Positions 57,250 to 64,000 of a stretch of DNA of 64,000 bases are shown one piece after another. The stretch comes from Eledone cirrhosa (taxonomy: Eukaryota): contig OZ024740.1 in the NCBI GenBank assembly GCA_964016885.1, positions 42,966,001 through 43,030,000 on the forward strand. Reading direction: 5' to 3'. The position numbers and the translations under genes are program-made. Each line of letters opens with the position of its first letter. Position 1 is the stretch's first letter. The notes beneath the pieces are model-generated. The model saw only the letters and a list, made by a program, of their open reading frames with translations, did not search any database and was not told the DNA's origin.

Positions 57250-59660
57250 TCATGACGTTGGACTCCGATGATGATGTTTTACCACATTTTTCTATCCATG
57301 GTCAAGGGCGAGGTGTTATGATCTCAGTTCCTCAACGAATTGTTTCGACTATATCTTCTTCTGTTCGCTGCGCTGGAATCTCCAGTGCATCGGTCGATAT
57401 CGTGACAAATCTTGGTGTGGTAGTCTTTCGCTGCTCATCCTACAGAAGTGGCCAAACCACTGTAGCCCGCATTGCCTGATTTAGTCTTCAATGATAGCTG
57501 CTGCTGGTATTGTTCTCTGATGTTGTTGTTTGAGATTCGGTCACGTAGAGAAACTCCAAGTCTCTGAAGAAGACATTGCATTTGGAATAACTCGAGCTTG
57601 TTAACGTCTAGTTTGATGATGGTCCAAATCACAGCGCTGTAAAGGAGGACAGGTAGGATTAGCGTCCTTAGGGAGACATGAGGCTTCTTCCAGACACACC
57701 ATCGAAGTGATAAAAACGCAGAAGTCGCAGACCCGATTAGGCAATTGATCTGACGCCAATTCTATCTATGCAACCAGTGAGCCGAAATATTTGAACTCCC
57801 GGGCCTGCTCAATCTGAATGAAATCAAGAAGCACATTGGCCGTAATGCATCTGCTGTTAGAACCTTTGTCTTGTCCGCATTGATCCTGTGACCATAAGGC
57901 AGAGCAAAGCGGACAATGTTGTGCAAGATATCTGTTTCTTCATCATTTTCGGTGAAAATGGTGCAGTCATCAGCAAACATCAAATCGGTCACGGAACAGT
58001 TGGCGTCAAACTCTCAAACGCTTCGGCCTTCGAAATCTTGCCGCGTGATGCTGTTATTGATAACATTGAACAGTCAAGGCGAGACCGCATCTCCTTGTCG
58101 TACTTTTTTTCTGATGGCGAATTCCTCGGCGAGGTCATTTTGATCTGGACCAGGGCTGTTGAACCAACATAGACCGAGTGTAGACGATAAACTCTCTGAT
58201 GCCCACAGCGAGTTATATCTTCCAGCAGCTGACGAAGGGAAAAGATTTGGTCCCAACATCCTTGTCCACGTCGGAAACCAGCTTTTTATTCTGTTGGTCT
58301 ACTCGCGACGCCTTTAGAGCCACAATTTAATTATCTTCATAAAGATCATCCTATCGAATGATAGTAGGATAATGCACCGGTATGCTGTCTAATCACCATA
58401 TAATTTGGATGAGCACAAGTGAGCACAACGAGTCGTTCAAGCAGCACTGTTCCTCCAGCCTTCAATCTTTTGTTGAGACTTGATCCAAGCCAGAGGCCTT
58501 CCTAATTTTTAGCGAGTGCGTGACTTTTTCACTTCCTCTAACGTAGAATTAGTATCGGACATTGGAGTGGCGGAAGGATCGAGAGATGGTGGAACTGCCA
58601 GCGTTCCTTGTGGTCGGTTGTGGTTATAGAGTTCGTCCTAGAAATGTCTCCAACGCTGACGGCGCCTTGCCTGCAACCGCACACAGATGCATCGAAATAT
58701 GCAATATAGTGTGCGCGACTCGTACATAGACACGGCCTCCACGAGATCGGTTGCCACTGTATTCCAATATTTTTCGGTCTTTTTAATTTAATTGTCGGTA
58801 TTAGTCGAAGTCGACCAGATTTACTTTCTTGTGTTTGTCTACTAAGTTGAGGCACTCGACTGAAATCGAGGGTTGCGTCCTATGTTGAGCAAGCAGTCAC
58901 TATGACATGGCACATAGAAGGATGGTCTCCGAGAGTTTATGTTCTTCATCATAAACGTTGTCAGACACTGCCAGTGAGGCGAAACGGTTGGTCAAGGTGA
59001 TCTGAAAGTCTCACCACCAGGCGGCTTAGCAGATTCCAACCCAATCTGGTTTCTTTAGACAATTTTCTCTTTGCTCGTTGAAATTCAGGCGAATCCGGGC
59101 ACGCCCGAGGCAGTGGTCAGAGCATTAGTCGGTTCCTTTTATGGCGCGAAAATTCTGTAGTGATGATCGGAACCGAGCTTATAGTCTAAAATCACTGAGT
59201 TCTTTCCAGACGGATTTTGGAAGTGGGTATTCCTGATGACCAGGTTGTTGGTTGAGGCGAATGATAGAAGGCAGAGCACATTTTCATAGATCTCTTTGTG
59301 CCCAAAATTGCTCAACCAGATCTGTCTGAGTCAACATGGACATTGAGGTTGGCAGCGAGGATGGTCATTTCCATTTGTGGAATCGAATCCAGCACATGTT
59401 GTAGTTGATAGTAGAACTCATCCCCGTTGGTGTCGGCATGTAGATAGAGATGATCGAAACATTGATGGAGAGGACTGCCAGGCGGTCGGACACTGATTGA
59501 AATGTGATGACACTGTATGAAGCCCTTTGATCAACCTTCAAGCCGACTCCAACTTTCTCCCTCTCATCACTAGAATAGTAGAGTGCGCTCTAGGTAGAGC
59601 AACTACTTTTTCGAATTGTGAGATCACAGCCCTGATACTATGGACATGCGGTTAGATTGT
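57250..59660 (-). pseudogene. Degenerate RTE-clade LINE (APE-RT)
   Basis: KVRQGDAVSP, DLMFADDC, INADKTKV and FQMQCL..LGVSLRDRISN; APE-like remnants near 59100-59600. Confidence 0.8.
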
Positions 59661-59689
59661 TGCAGGAACGAATCTTTGGGCAAAACTAA

Positions 59690-59830
59690 TCAGCAGAAGA
59701 CCCAGGGCTAGCCCCGATGAAGATGGTTGGATAACATCCATGAATTCAGCTAGTCTCGACTGGGGATCCAGCCGGATCAATTGGAGACAGTCGCTTCTGA
59801 CAGGATCCGCTGGAATGTTTGTTTCAGGAT
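59690..59830 (+). mobile_element. 3' tip of another RTE-type LINE (tentative)
   Basis: agaagacccagggctagccccgatgaagatggttggataacatc resembles RRPRGRP..RWLDNI. Confidence 0.45.
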
Positions 59831-61916
59831 TCTGCACTCAGTATCCTCCCAAGAATAATTGGACAAAGAAGAAAGAAAAGAAGACGCGTATATTTCTCAC
59901 TCGCAGTTGTTTAATTTACTGTATTTGACAAACGTGTCTAGTGCAATCCTGCCATCGACAATCTTACAAAACCTGATCAGAAATCATCACACTGTTCCCA
60001 AAATATTCCACCATTACTGGTCTTTGCGTTATTGAAACGGAATATGTTAAATCTCATGTCAATATCTGCCTTTGGGTTTCTTGTATTTTAGAGTCCGTTT
60101 GTGTGAGAAGGAAGTAGAAAATACGATAGACTATTGTCAACTACTACTTCAATCCATGGGAGTAGACCAGCAAGAGAATCAAGTTCTTAAATAGGTATCT
60201 TGATATTCTGTGTATATTTGAACGCAAGTAAAACAGGGGGTAAAGAAGGTGTAGGATTTGTCAGCTGTTAGATCAGACTTGAGATATAAACTATGGAGCC
60301 GTTCCTTCTCTTGTGGGGAGATTTCACTGTTTGTTTTTATATCTGTACCCTGTACCTTTGAATGTATTGTGGTCCTACTAAATATATCACCAGTATCTCG
60401 CATATTCCTCATATCAAGACTCTGATTTGACTGCTTGTAAACAAAATAGACCTCGGGATAAGAGGTAATGTTATACTGGGTGGATATCTTGTTAGTAAAA
60501 GATATTACCATATAAAATCCTATAGATACACTATTATATTACTTTCCTATCAATTTCTTACATCGATTACAATTTTCTTTCATTCTATCTCAGAAAATAA
60601 AGAAAATACAAGAAATATACTTAGTGAAACATCCTCACATACCTATATTCTTCCAGTGGTCTGCATAAGCTTCTAAAATTTCATTGCATCCTAGCCTCTG
60701 AAATACAACTGTGTACTATATGTCATTACTATCTCTATGTGATACAACTACCACTTCTCAAATACATCATAGAGTGACATTGTACTAAACATATTCAATC
60801 ATTCTAATACAGAATTAATTCTCTTTTAAATTCAGCTCAGGTCATACCTTTCGTTCAGCTAATTGAACAACTCATCTGAAAACATTGGCCAACTAAATCC
60901 GCCCAATTTGAATTAACGTGCAATAAACTTCACAAACACAATATCAATTAGTTGTGAGCGTTGACCTGAGTCGACACTACGAGTAATACCACAGCCACGG
61001 CCACGACAGCCCATTACGGTAACCCCCATCGCCATCAACATCACCACCCATTACCACTAATACCACCGCAACTCCCACTTCAACCATCACCACTACCAGA
61101 ACCAACATCCCGACCACTACCATCAACCCCAGAACTAGCATCACAACCATTACCAGCAGCACCACCATCACCACTACTGCAACAACAAAAGCAACAACAT
61201 TACTTAGAAATCACATATTCTTAGAAAACCCAGTCTCCTTCGCTCCTAAGTAGAATTAAATATATTTCTCAATATATTTCATTTGTCTGTCCTTTGATTG
61301 TTATTTGGAAGGATTGTATCTTCACAATAAAACCTGTACACCTCTTCAATATGTATATCACTCGGAATCAACGAGCGCTCTTTACTTTAATGGAAGTCAC
61401 GTTTGTTTAAGAAAAAAAACTTTGTTACTCAGAAAATGAAATGCGTGATGGCCATGAAAGCAGAGCTAATGTGAAGATTAGCTACAGCCAATAGTATTCT
61501 ATAGATAGAGACGAGCCAGAACAAAGGACATGAAATATGCATTAATCAGTAGATACAGAATAACGTCTAGGCTACGTTATAATACAATCTCAACAAAATG
61601 AAAACAATAATAAAATCCATTGTAACATAAACTATCTAAATATAGATTGAACATACCATATCTGAATAGCAGCATCGTATATGGATACATTTATTATAAT
61701 CATTTTGATTATTCTGGACTATATTCTATGGTAAATATCTTTCTCCCTTTCTCCTCCTTCCTTATCCTAATTCTTCGCCCTTTCTTTCCTTTCCTTGCTT
61801 TTCTTCATTGTTATTATTGTCAAAAATGTTATCATCAACTCTCCACCAACACTGTTGTCATCGTTGTAGATGTCTCTTTTTTCTTCATTATTCTTATTAT
61901 GAGTTTAAATCATGTG

Positions 61917-62130
61917 TTGGGCAGTATTGGTAGAGGGTCGGACGCCTTGCTTTGAGGCATAGAGTTACGGCCCTTGTCATTCTGAGATCAAATCCCGTCG
62001 ATGTTAACTTTGCCTTTCAACCTTACGGAGTCGATAAAATAAAGTACCATTAACGCACTGGGGTCCATTTAATTGACATTTTCCCTTCCCTTTAAATTGG
62101 TGCCCCGGTGGAAAATGTAGAAACAATTAA
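61917..62130 (+). mobile_element. Family-2 SINE
   Basis: Conserved head and body. Confidence 0.85.
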
Positions 62131-63509
62131 TACAATGTAATGTTGCTGAACTGGCAGAATTGATGCTGAAGCTTGTCGTGCTACTGTTGTTGTTTAGCGT
62201 GTAAGACGTTTCATTTAAGATACCGTGTATCTGAAACTATAATCTAAACTATAATAAAGTAAGGAATGCGGGACTGCGTACGGTTTATAATTTGTTATCC
62301 CATTAGTAAAATAAGTTGGATTATTTTGAATAAATAATGAATGAATATTACATAATTTATCTAATAAATTTCGTAGCTGTTGATTAAATATATTTTATTG
62401 TTTATTTAAAGATTCACTTCTTTAAAATGTTCAAATGGTAATTCTTCTGGTTAGCGATCGCTTACATACATTCATATATTTCCGTCACTAATTTTCTCCT
62501 AATGCAGTTTATATATAATATCGTCTTTTTTAAATGTAACATGGATTACGTTACTGATTACATAAGTCAGTGTAACGCAGTCTTCGTTCAACTTCTGTGT
62601 ATATTGTCAATTACGATGTTATTTGACGTATCATATCTACATGCATATATACTTGCGTTTAATATCAATATGCACACTACACATGCTAGCAGAAAACCAC
62701 CCTGTGGGTGGTTTTCTGCTAATAAAATCTAAATCTAAAAATGTAGGTTTTGATTTGAGGATGGTTCCAAGCAGGTTGAACGTCCTCTTTACAGTTTCGC
62801 CTTTGGCTGCTTAGCTCGATGTTTGGGACTCAACACTACTAATTGAGAATATTTGAATTGGAGCAAGACCGATAGATACCATTTCCAGCTTATTTGGGTT
62901 TGAAATCGCCCAGGACGTTTCGATATTTATACTGTAAATTTGAAGTTTTTTGTAGATAACCTTTTACTAAAACACGAACAAAACAACCTCTTTCAGGTTC
63001 ACCATGTCGGTGTTTTTCCCGGCCTCGTTTTTATTAAGCGCCTGAGTGTACAAGACTTTCTCTGGACAGGATACCAGTCCATTGTAGGATTAAGTCCCAA
63101 GTTGTGTATTGGAGTGATGTGAAATGAAATGTTTTGCTGAAGATCACAATGATTATAAGTCTAATACACGAATCACTAGACCATTTAAATATTGTATATG
63201 TCGTTATAATTAATATAAGGGCATCGTTCTTGGTCAAACGGCATATCAAGTTATTTAATATTAAATAAATAACCTTACATTTCAGAAAATAAAAAAGAAA
63301 ACACTTCTAACGGACGGTTGAATGACGAAAGTATTCAGTTTAATGATTTTATAATGTTGAAAAATTATACATTAAAATTATAATATTATTTTGGAGTTTC
63401 AAGCAAATAGAAAATTATCATATAATAAATTAAATGTTGATTTTCGTTTGTTATAAACCTGAATTTACCTGCTTCTGTTGCAGAAATAGACACTCTTGTA
63501 TTAATCATG

Positions 63510-64000
63510 ATTTCTGCTTAAGGCACGTGTCCAGTAATTTGTGGAGAAGGGTGAGTTGATTAAATCAAGACAAAGTATTTGATGTTACTATATTTTGTCG
63601 AATGCTGACCTTGGCGAGATTTGAACTCAACTCTAGCAGTATTAATGATTCCTAATCTAGGTACAAGGCCAACATTTGGTTGGGCGAAATGAAAGTCGAT
63701 AAACCGATTCCAGTACTTCACTGGTACTGTGTTTTATTGACTTTGGAAAGATGAAAGGCAAAGCTAACCTTGGCGAGATTTCGACTCAACTCTAGTATTA
63801 ATAATTGGTTCTGATTTAGCCACAAGGCCAGCAAATTTGCGGGAGGAAAGTCGATTAAATCGACCCCAGTGCATAACCGGTGCTTTATTTTATCGGCGCT
63901 GTAAGGATGAAATCAAAGCTAACCTCGGCGGGATTTGAGCTCAGAACATAAAGGGCCGTAACTCTGTGTCACGAAGCAGGGTGTCCGGCGCTCTACCGTT
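63510..64000 (-). mobile_element. Cluster of three family-2 SINE copies
   Basis: Repeated ...aaagctaacct(c/t)ggcg(g/a)gattt.. bodies. Confidence 0.8.

Noticed and set aside
60990-61200. Thr-rich / Val-Met-rich ORF
   Set aside because: Degenerate (CAC/CAA)n trinucleotide low-complexity tract.

Overview
AT-rich eukaryotic DNA, most likely from an octopus or another cephalopod (inferred from the SINE content and the extreme (TA)n/(CA)n density). No confident host gene is present. The window is almost entirely transposon-derived: remnants of Penelope-like elements (four loci resembling the Naiad clade, one resembling Neptune), a near full-length but disrupted L1/Tx1 LINE, RTE and CRE-like LINE fragments, a mariner fragment, non-autonomous Helitrons, many tRNA-derived SINEs and one tRNA-Glu(UUC)-like gene. 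The main discovery is more than 15 type I hammerhead ribozyme (HHR) motifs from about ten mutually dissimilar sequence families. Most lie in short non-coding units of 320-530 bp arranged as partial tandem repeats, usually with an inverted copy, and embedded in (TA)n. One is an array of about 4 direct units plus 1 inverted unit (15231-17644). Together they look like a retrozyme-type system riding on Penelope-like elements. Several families carry non-canonical catalytic cores: UUGANAA (compensatory U3-A8) in two families and CAGAAGA (U4A) in a third. All RNA structures were folded by eye and need computational and biochemical confirmation.
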